A DNA stretch of 63,199 nt, filler included, from Choristocarpus tenellus KU-1152 (Eukaryota; Protista; Phaeophyceae), in assembly GCA_964200185.2 (NCBI GenBank). It is 10 parts of 10 records of this genome, joined end to end, with 100 filler letters (N's around TTAATTAATTAA, not from the genome) between each part and the next. Parts side by side here need not be neighbours in the genome. Positions count along the whole stretch, not along the records: positions 1 to 14,370 come from CAXNAD020001212.1; positions 14,471 to 20,064 come from CAXNAD020010303.1; positions 20,165 to 25,178 come from CAXNAD020012159.1; 7 more parts are not named here. One strand, written 5' to 3'. The translations under genes and the position numbers were made by a program. Each line of letters begins with the position of its first letter. Position 1 is the stretch's first letter. Below the pieces are notes generated by a model. The model was given only the letters and a program-made list of their open reading frames with translations. It searched no databases and had not been told where the DNA came from. Below, piece after piece: positions 11,886 to 22,649 of this stretch.

Positions 11886-14370
11886 GTTGGTAGGGGAGTA
11901 GAAGTACCCTTCCTCTTTTTATTTTCGCTGTGAAGGTGGGCTGGTTTGAATGCCAAGCTCTTTTTATTTTCTCTCCCTCCCCTCTAGTTTTTTTTTTGCC
12001 TCACAGACCAATCTTCTCAATCAAGACCACCCACAATTGAGGGTTGGTCCTCCCCGAATCCCACGCGATCACCTGAGGATTGACCTTTTGATCAACGTCC
12101 CCGTTGATTTTTAAGCCCCAAACTTACTCGTTCTAGGTAAATTTAAAGGAAGGCCCTAACTGGGCGCCCACGCACTTGTATGAAAAAAATAAAAGGCGTT
12201 TTGACCCATGTATCAGTTTCACTCAAGAGGTACAGTAGAAGTGGTAGAACTAGAGAAGATAGGATGTCAGAAGGAGAAAGACTCCACCTACTGCACAATC
12301 TCATACTCCAAGTTCAACTATCTATGCTAATGTCTTCTGTATTATGTTCAGGCGCCGATTTGAGGCATACTTGTTGCTGCTTTGACCTGAAGTACGGGAA
12401 TGATACACACAGCGAAAATAGGATGGATATATCACACAGTGAGGTAGTGGAACGAGATAGGGGTATTATTAATAATTTGGGAGAATTTTTGGCAATATCT
12501 AGACCTCTGAGTTGGTCCGGAGCAGCTTCGAGGCGGGCAATGTTTCTGCAGCTTGTGGATACTAGGTTAACTGGGGTGGTTGAACTGGTGAACTGACCTG
12601 TCCTCCAAACAGCAACTGGATGGGAGGTATCTAGGGAGAAGAATAGGCGGGGCTCATGGAGAACTCATAGAAACAGGTGACGAATATTCCAAGAAAAGAG
12701 TGAAACTGGAATTCTGGAGGGAAAAAGAGTATGACTTTGGACGGCGACTTTTTATAGTGTGGCATTTATTTCGTACTTTAGACGGTCCTGTGCATGATTT
12801 TCCGGACTTGTTTTTGTTATTTGTCTTCCATCAGTGAACTCAACCTCGAAGTGGAAGGTTTCTTATTCTTCTCTGTGTAAATGTTTCCTGTAGACGGAAC
12901 TTTGTAATGTTAAGGGGTCAAATTTGACTTCAGTTTTTGTCCTCCCATTTACTCGTTTACATATTCGGCATCATCATTGTCAGGATAGAGCACGATAACT
13001 CTCGTGTGTTATCGTAGTGGGTATTTTTGGTGTTTGCACTGAGAACACCTTTCATAATTTCCCCATCCGACGAGTGGCTAGGAGGTAACATTATTGCCCT
13101 CACCTCAAGTTTAGATACCTTACGTGAGTGCTCTGAAGCCTTACATTGGGGGAAGTGCGCAACATTATCGAGAAGATTTGCGCCAGAAATGTTGTAGTCC
13201 CATTGCTCGTGGTATTGCAGCTTAGCATCTCCCAGGAAAGCACAGGTTGTGAAGTACTTAAGACCTGGATGGACTCGGGTTTGGCTTATCTCTAGAGGTG
13301 CACCTTGTCTTGGTGTGTAGCCTGTTGTTTGACATAGACAAAAGGTGACATTGACTACTCAGATCTTAGGTAATGAAGAACACCGTCTTTGAACTGATGT
13401 ATTTGGGCTGATTTACCTTCTGATAGAAGGTACGAGTGTTCACTCACCCAGCTTGAGAAAAATTGATGAGCTGTGTTGTGTGTGCAATCAATTTGATCAA
13501 AGCGAAATATTGAACGATTCACACACTTTTTTACGTGGCCAAAAGATGGACTGGAAGGGGTGAGTCAATCAGTGCTAACAAAAATATTTCAATTTCTCCC
13601 ACCATTGAAGTCTGTTTCATAGGATTCGTGAATTTTCCTGATACATTTGTCAACCCTTGAAGCCACTGCTTGTAGTTAATGCTACCAACAGTTACTCTGT
13701 GTCCAACACCATAATGTATGATATATTTATACATTAGTATCTTCTTTGACCTTGTAGTCCCCTATTGCTATTGGTGTAAGCCCTCCTGTGTTTTATATCC
13801 TGCGCTTGCATGATTTGTATTTTTAGTTTTTGTTATGTTGAGGGATGAATCAACAAGCAAAGTGTTGAAGCTTCAGACCGCAATTAGTGTTGCCTCAATA
13901 ATCAACCCACCCCCCTCACTTGACAGGTACTGATGGAATTTATTGCTTACAAGCCTACAGTTACCATAATTTTCGATTTATGAAAATCAGATATTTCTAG
14001 CCTGCTGCTAAAGTGAACTGGTTGGCTAGAAAGAAGTGTATTTTTTTTTAAGACCAAAACACCTCTCAATTTTCACAACCACTTCTTTATTGTGATAGAT
14101 GTGTACAATTGCGCCTTTGCATATCTGGCTTTGTCCCCCACCCCACCCCCATCAACCACTCTTTTCCGTGAATGGGCAGGCATTCCTGCAAGTTCATAAC
14201 TGTACATGAGGCACTGTATGATTATGCAGTCTGTACACTTGTTGCTCTTGTTGCTGGATCCGAATATGATTAACTGGAAACTTGGGTATCTGATTGTCTT
14301 GACGCTTCATTATTTTTTGCTGCTTGGAAGTGCAAAATGGGTGATGCTGTACCCCCCCCCCCCCCCGGCC

Positions 14371-14470
14371 NNNNNNNNNNNNNNNNNNNNNNNNNNNNNN
14401 NNNNNNNNNNNNNNTTAATTAATTAANNNNNNNNNNNNNNNNNNNNNNNNNNNNNNNNNNNNNNNNNNNN
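14371..14470. other. Artificial contig linker N44-TTAATTAATTAA-N44 (also at 20065, 25179, 38555, 45036, 47998, 51283, 57312 and 60160; each 100 bp)
   Basis: The identical 100-bp spacer occurs nine times. TTAATTAATTAA places stops in all six frames. Confidence 0.98.
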
Positions 14471-14545
14471 GTGCAAGGTGACCCCAACACTTAAAGAACT
14501 TCCCCCTCCCCCGCCCCCCACACCCTCCACACCCTCCACACACAC

Positions 14546-14752
14546 CTGTCGGTCCTGGTAATCCTTGGCGACTTCCACAAACTTTTTTGTGAGAGTGTTT
14601 TGAAGGTTCTCCCTAACCCTAATCTCAGAGGGTTTGGCCTTTCCCCCGCTCTTCTTGAGACCCTCTGTTTCCTCTCGTGTGGTCTGCAGGAGCCCCTTGG
14701 CATGTGCCACGTTCTTGTTTGTCCTGGTGAAGGAGGACGCACAGTAAAATGT

Positions 14753-14818
<66 letters not shown>

Positions 14819-15971
14819 CTGTTTCAGTTATAGGGGGAAGGCGTTTTGCAAGATTTCTTTCCCTCTGCAAGTTATTTCACTTTTTTAACACAGGGGTTTT
14901 TTGTTACTTCTTCCCAGAAATGCATCTGCAGGCGGGTTGACACTGAGCCCACCACGCAATCATATACTGCAGCATTCTTCTTCAAAGCAGGAGCGTGAAT
15001 AAGGAGTGAGGAAGGAAATATGTTGTCACCCAATCCATACCGTGGGAGATGCGTTCAGAATGAAGCCCCCCTCACCGTATGTCTACAATAACCGTCGAAG
15101 GAACCATTCTCGAGCCTTAGCTTACTCGGAACTTGGAGATAAGAGGGAAAATCGGGGAGATTGACACAAAACTGAAAAACTAAAACTGAATCCAAATCCG
15201 TGGAGAGTGGCTAGGGATATGGGACAGTCACGGACTAACAGCTCATGAGCATAACACACCATATTCGCGACCACCCTGTGCATGTGTAGTCACGGGCTTA
15301 TCTCCGACCTTTGCACAACACACAAGGAAATGAGTATACAGCAAGCGAAATATTAGAGAGTGAAGAGGATGCATAGGGTTAGGACACTCAACCTTGTTAT
15401 TGTCTCATGGATCTGAGCCTTGGCATCGGCCTCCGCTGTGGCACTTGAGGTCAGGGTGGCTTGTTGTGTCAACGTATCGAGGTCCTTGCATGCCTGTGTA
15501 ATAGTGAGTATCCATCCACAGCATGTTCGAATGGTTTCAGACATTTGACCTTGTGGCGCACTGCATATTATCGACACATCTTGAACGTACATTACGTTAG
15601 AGCTACCCAGAGTTGGGAAAAGCTTGAGGTAAGGTTTCTGGGGGTTGATTATTTGGCTCGTCTTGTGGGTTTGTGGTTTTGTGTAGATTGACGCGCGAAA
15701 TACCCATGCACACCGCGTTCGAAACTCGAAACTGACCCTGTTCGAGGGGAATTACCCCCAATTCACCGGTTTACCTTACCTTCTTGATGCTATCGATGTC
15801 CTTCTTGACCTCGTTGACAGTGTCGAAGAATCCCTGCATAAACGCACCATCTTCTGCTTTTGAAGGTGCCTCTCCGTAGTCATTTATGTCTATAGCGACC
15901 TCGAAAGGGTTCACTCCACCTCTTCCCCCCCCTCCTGAACCCCCAGTGAGCTCTGATAGACGATCGTTCAT
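14546..15971 (-). CDS. Syntaxin (Qa-SNARE, syntaxin-1/SYP1-like), N-terminal Habc region; 3' part lost at contig gap
   Basis: complement(join(14546..14723,15393..15493,15780..15971)), GT-AG introns, phases 0 and 2. Translation MNDRLSEL...FMQGFFDTVNEVKKDIDSIKKACKDLDTL...SEIRVRENLQNTLTKKFVEVAKDYQDRQ shows the syntaxin N-peptide (MxDRLxEL) and Habc helix motifs. Confidence 0.9.
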
Positions 15972-18242
15972 ACCGCCCTTGCTCACCTACCAGTCTTACT
16001 TGCCCATCAAGAAAAGGTACAATTATCCAACTGTAACACTTCACTATTTCAATTCGCTGTCACAATGATCAACACTAAGTTGACGTAGAGGAAATAACCT
16101 TCCCTTGCACTGGATACTGCACAACACCGTTGTGCCTACCAGTGTGATCACAAGAGAATTGTCTTTCTGTCTAAACTACAACCTTCCAGGTTGCCAAGGG
16201 ACTGGTCAAGTATCGTTCTGATAAGCTCATAACGAGGCAGGCGTGTGCACAAAATTATACTTCGAACCAAAAAAGAAGCATGTCTCAACTCCTTGAAACT
16301 GTTATACTTCGATCTTTGATTCTTAAACTAGGACAAAGATCTTGGTTGCCATGAGGGGAACCCAAAATGCCATGAACGAGGATACAGAAGACAGTGATGA
16401 TAGCCAAAGCGATAGTAGCTCCAGCTCCTCCACCCTCGAGAGCTTGAAATCCATCGATAGGGACAGCAGGCCACCCACACCTTTTGCCACTGCCCCCTTT
16501 GTGGGCTCAGCGGAAGGAGGTGGAGCTGCCAGCCCCCCAGGTTCACCACGTATGCGGTTAGCTGCGATGGGCATCCGTGGGCGTGAGGGTCTGCAAGACA
16601 CATCAACGACGTGAGAGATCACCTTGATGGATGGTGGGTGGGTTCTTGCTTCTTCGTTCTTTCTTTGATGCAGCTGTTATAGACTTCGATATTCCTTTAT
16701 ATCACGTGTTCCCTCGTACAACAATACAACCAACAACTGCATCAGGTGAGCTAGTCAACCTAGTTCTTGACCTCCACAAAAACACCTAATGGGCATTGGA
16801 CGTGCAAAAAAGAGACAGCCCGATGGGCTCCTGCATCGATTGGTAGAACAAATACATGTAAGGTAGAATCACACTTCTGGCATTGCCAACTGTTACTGTG
16901 AAATTGTCGAAAAGACGCCACTCCTCCGGGAGAACTAAATTGTGGCAGATCGGACTAGGGGGGAAAAGAGAGTCATTTCAAAGTCTGAGCAGTTATGTTT
17001 GCGATAACCTTAGGGTGATTCGCGGTGGTTTTCCCGTCGTACATGAATATGGAAGTCGAACAATACCTTGGTGAATGTTATTTCGATATGTGTAGTCATG
17101 TGTCGTGTAGATGAAAGTTTGGCGAGGTTATCGTGTTTTATGCAAGGGAAGCATGAGAGAACGCAAACTAAGTAGTCGCAGACACCATTATTGCAACTGG
17201 AAAACATCTTCAGTATGTGAATTAACATCGCAACAAGCAATTCAATCCTGTGGTGAAGGAATGACACGAGGCTGTGAAAAAAATGAGTGATGCACTGAGA
17301 TGCGAATTTGTGCGAGGCTACTGTCCTAGATTGAGGATAAGTTGCAAAACGTGACGACCTCTAGATAGTACCACAGTTCTTTCATGGGATATGGCTTGGG
17401 AATATTGGGTCAGAGCAACGTTTGCTCGAGAATTTCAGTGCGCTATGTAGAACGGCTGTTGTTCAGGAGGCAACGTTTGATATGCGTTCGCTGCTTTAAT
17501 CATCAAGACTTCTACCAGGTGCTCACCCGTTCTTCCTCCTTGTCCTCCATTTGTCCTTACCCTCACTTGGTCGAACAGGCTCTCATGTTTATCGAGTCCT
17601 GCTGCCCCTACCACCAGGCCCTTGAACTACGACAATAAATTGACTCATCCAACCAGTCTGTCACACACGGGTCACATCACTGGCACTGAAGCCCTTTTTG
17701 AAGTACATCTTCCTCCTCCCCGATGTTCAACAATGGAGGAGCGAAACAATAGCACCATCAGAAGTAGTGCTAAAAAAAACGCCACACCTAGAAGGTCAAG
17801 CTTTGAAAAAGGTTGGTTGTCAACAACAAGGGCACTAGAAACAACTTGTGCATCAGGAATGGGGGCACCAGTAGGGAAAGTGAAGGGAGTGAAAGCTGAC
17901 AAGGGGACGGATTCATTGAAGAACAGTCCTCATCATGAGCACCTTGAAAGTAACCTAAACAAGGAGGAGGGATGTGGGAAACTTGACAGTCAACTGCCTG
18001 CCCCTGACAAAGCTTGCTCACCACCAAGACATCAGCAATTGGGCATGAGTGTGAGAGCAAATGGAGAGGAACTGGTAACTTCAGAGGTGGCGGAAGTGGA
18101 GCAAATTGAAACACGGGGTGGATCTAGGGCTAGGACAGGTGCAGCATCAGGGGCAGGGGAGCAGCAAGAAGGTGTGATCTCAGCACGAGCATCAAAGGAT
18201 GATGGCCGGGCCGTGAACATTACAAGGCAAGTGGATACATGA
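15522..18242 (+). CDS. Candidate multi-exon hypothetical protein (Ser/acidic, disordered), interleaved antisense with the syntaxin gene; 5' end unresolved
   Basis: Phase-compatible chain 15522..15628 (donor GTAAGG), 16190..16236 or ..16242 (GC or GT donor), 16332..16610 (donor GTGAGA), 17657..18242. It links the 16342 and 17622 ORFs. No family recognised. Confidence 0.45.
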
Positions 18243-18658
18243 AAGGAAAAGAAAGAAAATACTCGTATCCTGTTTGACATGTCTCGGGGTGTGAATGAGA
18301 GGGATCTTTTTCCAACTTCAACCCCTGCATGATCTCATGATCCACAATAATACTCAAATTTGGAACATATGCTGTGCACAGGCTATACCACCTCCCCAAT
18401 CATTCGCATGTCCGTGTGTTCAGACATCGGCATATCGTTTGATGATCAAAAATGTTTCAAAATACTCAAAGTACTAGTCATTAGTTTCTGGCAACTATAA
18501 CTATGCAGCGATATTTGCAGTCTGGAGCACACAGTTCGAAATTTCGCACTCATCCAAAGATTAGGGAACTGCAAAGTTCATCCACTACAGATTCACAAAC
18601 ATCCACTTAAATGCCCCTGCAACACTTGCGAGAACAGTCAGAAGCGCAGGTAAATGAG

Positions 18659-18858
18659 CATATACATATCTCACCCTAACCCTAACCCTAACCCTAACCA
18701 TATACATATCTCACCCTGACCCTAACCCTATCCATATACATATCTCACCCTAACCCCAACCCTAACCATATACATATCTCACCCTAACCCCAACCCTAAC
18801 CATATACATATCTCACCCTAACCCTAAACCTAAACCTAAACCTAAACCTAAACCTAAC
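18659..18858. repeat. Interstitial telomere-like minisatellite: 5 x [CATATACATATCTCA + (CCCTAA)2-4] ending in (ACCTAA)n
   Basis: Read directly. CCCTAA is the complement of TTAGGG; some hexamers are variants. Confidence 0.92.
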
Positions 18859-19046
18859 CAGAACCCTGATGCAGTCATGCACACGCTCTCACACCCAGAC
18901 ACGGCCATGCACAGCAGGTGTATTCGTGAGAAAGAGGTTGGCAATCAAAACTCTAGTAATCCTGGGGCAGAGATTCCCGTACCAATGTCATCTCAGGATT
19001 TCGGCCTTCATCGCTGGAAGGAGTACGCTGTGCTGAGGTAGGCATT

Positions 19047-19307
19047 AGGTCAAAGTATCTTAGAGGGCAGAGCCGTGTCGATTTGGGGCCAAAATTCAAT
19101 GTTGCAATTTTGATGTAATTTTGGCTATTGTGTTTGTTAGGAGATTTCAGTATCCTTGTTCTGGACATTCCTTTTCACAACTTAAACTTTTTACCTACTA
19201 CTCCGAACCACTTTGGAGTAGGTAAAATATCATTAAAAACCCGTGGGAAGCCAAGCCCCAAATGGACAAACAGGGAAAAATTCGTACCCTCTAAGATACT
19301 TTCACTC
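19047..19307. mobile_element. MITE family B copy (about 260 bp; TIR core AAAGTATCTTAGAGGG...CCCTCTAAGATACTTT)
   Basis: Terminal inverted repeats are visible. Homologous copies lie at 56532..56795 (inverted) and 19932..20064 (cut by gap), with a fragment near 55150-55215. Confidence 0.75.
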
Positions 19308-19372
19308 ATTGTCCCAGTACCCCCCTACCACGTAGGTTCAGAGGCATTTTCCGCATAGGTAAGATTCTAGCT

Positions 19373-19408
<36 letters not shown>

Positions 19409-20514
19409 TGTGACATCAGTTTCACAGACTAGTTATCATTTCAGCATGAATTCAAGCACATGAGTCTTCGCTATGAGAAAAAGGTGGTGCAAGGCGTTAT
19501 GAAATGTCCCACTTTAAAGAGTATTGATCAGAACGAGGACTCGTAGATCATCTTGTGAGAGCATGTTGCATCACAGTCCTTATAATATCAAGAGAAGAAA
19601 AGGTGAGAGTGCTAGTCTCCTGGATACCAAACTAAGCTTACTAAATTACTCATAGATACACTAGTGCCAACATATATACCTAGCCTGTGATAGATCACTA
19701 CCATTTGACCAGCTATCTCCGCCTCTCAGTAAAAACACCATTGTGTAAATGCACGCAGAGTAAACATATTGACATCTACTGATACCTTGTATGAAGGTAC
19801 GCCTTAATTGTGTCAGTGGCTGTTGCTGTGATTGCTGTCATTCCAATGGTATGCACGTGGGTTTTTTTGCAGTGTGTTACTTTTTTCAACTAAATGTGCA
19901 GATAGTTTGAGCCAGCATGGGGTCCTATTTTGAGTGAAAGCACCTTAGAGGGTACGAGCTTTGCCCTGTTGTCCATTTGGGGCTTGGATTCCGATGGGGT
20001 TTTTATTACATTTTCCTACTCCAAAGTGTTTAGGAGTAGGTAAAATGTATACGTTATGAAAAGGNNNNNNNNNNNNNNNNNNNNNNNNNNNNNNNNNNNN
20101 NNNNNNNNTTAATTAATTAANNNNNNNNNNNNNNNNNNNNNNNNNNNNNNNNNNNNNNNNNNNNCCCCCCTTCCAAGATACTTTGAGCCACAGCCACAGC
20201 TGGTCCTCAAGACCAGTATTGAGCTAAAACATTATCTCAACCACAAAAGGATCCAGGGCAAGGACAAAGAAAAGGAGACAGGGCACTACAATGTCAATCA
20301 CCCGTTCGAGCACCACAACCACAACCTAAAACATAGTAACCCAAAACATAGGAGCAACAACACAACCACTCTAACAGTTGAATAATAATTAAAGAATACA
20401 ATAGCAGAAGTAACAGTAAGAATTCCTACACACACCCACAATACAAGCAAGAAATAAACAAAAAACAGAAAGTACAATCTAAAAAATACAAAAAAAAACT
20501 GTCTTTAGACTCAC

Positions 20515-22649
20515 TGCTCCATGGTCACCCCATTCCTCAAGGCCCTCACAGCCTGCTTCAGGTCCCCTTCATGCATGAATACGGTTGCCGCCAACAACTG
20601 CAGTGTGGGATTGTTGCAGGAGGAGCCATCCGTGAGCCACTCTTTAAGAGTTTCAATCACAATCTCCCTGCTCTCTGGCATTGACAAGTACTGGGCCAGG
20701 AGGCGCACCGCCTGCAGTGCTGGGGGGGCATTGTCCTTCACCTAAGAACCAAAACCAAAAAAACCGATCAAGGTGAGCACGGGCATCTTAATGGGTTCAA
20801 TGTGGGGTGTTTACTTCATTCTATTGGTGGACATTATTGTCGGAAAAAATACAAAAAAAGTGTAGGTAGAGACCATCAAGACTTGATTGGTGTGCAGCAG
20901 TGAGGTTCGTCTACTGATGGAATAACAGATTAAACTAATAGATAGAGAACTCCTCTCCTGAAAAAGAACTTGCCATGATATGCCGATAATATTCCTGTGG
21001 GTTAGGGTTAGTGTATTTCAGGTGAGGGTGCAGGGAAAGGTGGTGTTTTGCATACCATATCCCCTATCCTCCCAATCTTAACCTGTACTTTCATCGAGTA
21101 ATCTTTGCATGAATAAGGACTCATCTTCAAAAAAACAAAAATGGGGTCTCCTCACACAAAACCGTGGGAATGCTATGGTAATACCATTACCCATCCAAAA
21201 AGAATGGCTCTGTGCTCATACCCACAAACTGCTGGGATGATACAAACTCTTCACTGCCCGTAAAAAAAAGGGGTTTTCTTCTTGGACTCACAAGTTTTGA
21301 CTCTTCACTACGAAATCCATACTATAAGTAGTGGTGTGGGCAGGGGTGGGGGTTGTGTATGTACAGGAACTATGTTCACCTTAGGCAATGGTCACCCTGC
21401 TATTCAAAGCGATGGGTGAGTACTAACAGAGTAAACAAGGGGTGGAGTATTATACATCCAAACTAATTTTAGCTTTCACCTGATGGGACAAAGGTGAAAG
21501 GAGGGAGGTGAGGGGGGAATTGCAGCGTGGTATGCTCACTAGTAGATTGACCCTACTGATGCTAACAGTGTAACAAAGAACACAAAGGGTCTACTTAAGA
21601 AGTTGCCCATGCAGTAGCATTGGTCTAGTTAAAATTCAGCTCTTTTGCAGGTCTAGTTTGCACTGGTCGCTACCTTGCAGTGACAACGCCACATATCGTA
21701 CCAGCATACATTGTTGGCGTTCTAACAAAACTAGCCCATGTGAGGGGAAAATGTCTGAAACAAGGCAATACAGCAGGAAGGAAATCTTGTCGTAGTTACA
21801 ATTTCTTCAGTGTTGTGCCCGCGTCTCTTGCACCTCCCTGTGATGATTCTCGAATGCTCATGGACGAACGTGGGAATAGTTCAGAACGGGATCTTGCATG
21901 AGCATAACACTTTTCTCATCGCAAAGTAAGAGTCACAATACTTTACACCCATCCCTCTTGTCACCTAACGGTTGGCCCTGTAGACTAGGTTTAGATTACA
22001 AAAGTGGCAATCACGGGCAAATCTTGATGTTTTATTTCCTTAATTGCCTCCCACAAGAGACTTCACCAACTGCGAACGACTTGCACCATATATCCTGGGC
22101 TCAGAAATATTGGTGTTCTGGAGAGAGATTCTACATCTGCGAACACAGTAGTTGTATTGCTCGACTTGGAATGAGGAGCTATGGGAATAGTGACTAGAAA
22201 CAAGGCTGCGAAGTCTGACCTAGTTTTGTTTCGTTGAACATGGGCAAAGGATGGCCAGAGGAGGGACCCAAAAGGACAGATAAATCTTTGGAGGTGGAAG
22301 AATCGAAAGGAGATTGAAGGGTCCAATTCCAAACTCGGACAATATTAGAGAGAGTGAATACCGAAAGAAATATGTGGGGGGATAACTTACCTTTACGAAA
22401 ATAATCATATATATCGACTCTCACACGTGATTTCACCGGGATCACAACCCATTCTCGCGTCTGGCTCACCTCCCCAAGCACAACGCTGTATTGCCCAAGA
22501 GCGAGATAAGACCTGTAGATGAATTCATCTCTTTCAATCCGAAGGTTATCGGCGAGCCGGCCTAGTCCCGATCCTTCCGCAATAGCGAGCTGGTAGCTCC
22601 CCAACCAGAAGTGGTTGCGAAGCGTAAACAACTCGTCGGGTTCCGACAT
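20515..22649 (-). CDS. COPE: Coatomer subunit epsilon (epsilon-COP), first two exons; remainder lost at contig gap
   Basis: complement(join(20515..20741,22470..22649)). MSEPDELFTLRNHFWLGSYQLAIAE...ERDEFIYRSYLALGQYSVVLGEVKDNAPPALQAVRLLAQYL is the characteristic epsilon-COP N terminus. Donors are GTGAG. Confidence 0.93.

Noticed and set aside
14170-14370. Continuation of syntaxin across the gap
   Set aside because: No SNARE or TM-encoding exon is recognisable on the neighbouring contig.
14371-14470. Repeated TTAATTAATTAA palindromes within N runs as a biological repeat
   Set aside because: Identical 100-bp artificial linkers with six-frame stops. They also mean gene order across them cannot be interpreted.
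14749-14816. (GT)n-derived ORFs and other microsatellite ORFs (CV, TH, poly-S and poly-Y runs)
   Set aside because: Simple sequence repeats in introns or intergenic DNA, not coding.
15960-16016. Extra + strand exon overlapping the syntaxin start codon
   Set aside because: In frame, but its acceptor would have to skip two nearer AGs, and the model does not need it.
18659-18858. CRISPR-like array
   Set aside because: The constant unit is only 15 bp, the spacers are telomeric hexamers, there are no cas genes and the context is eukaryotic.
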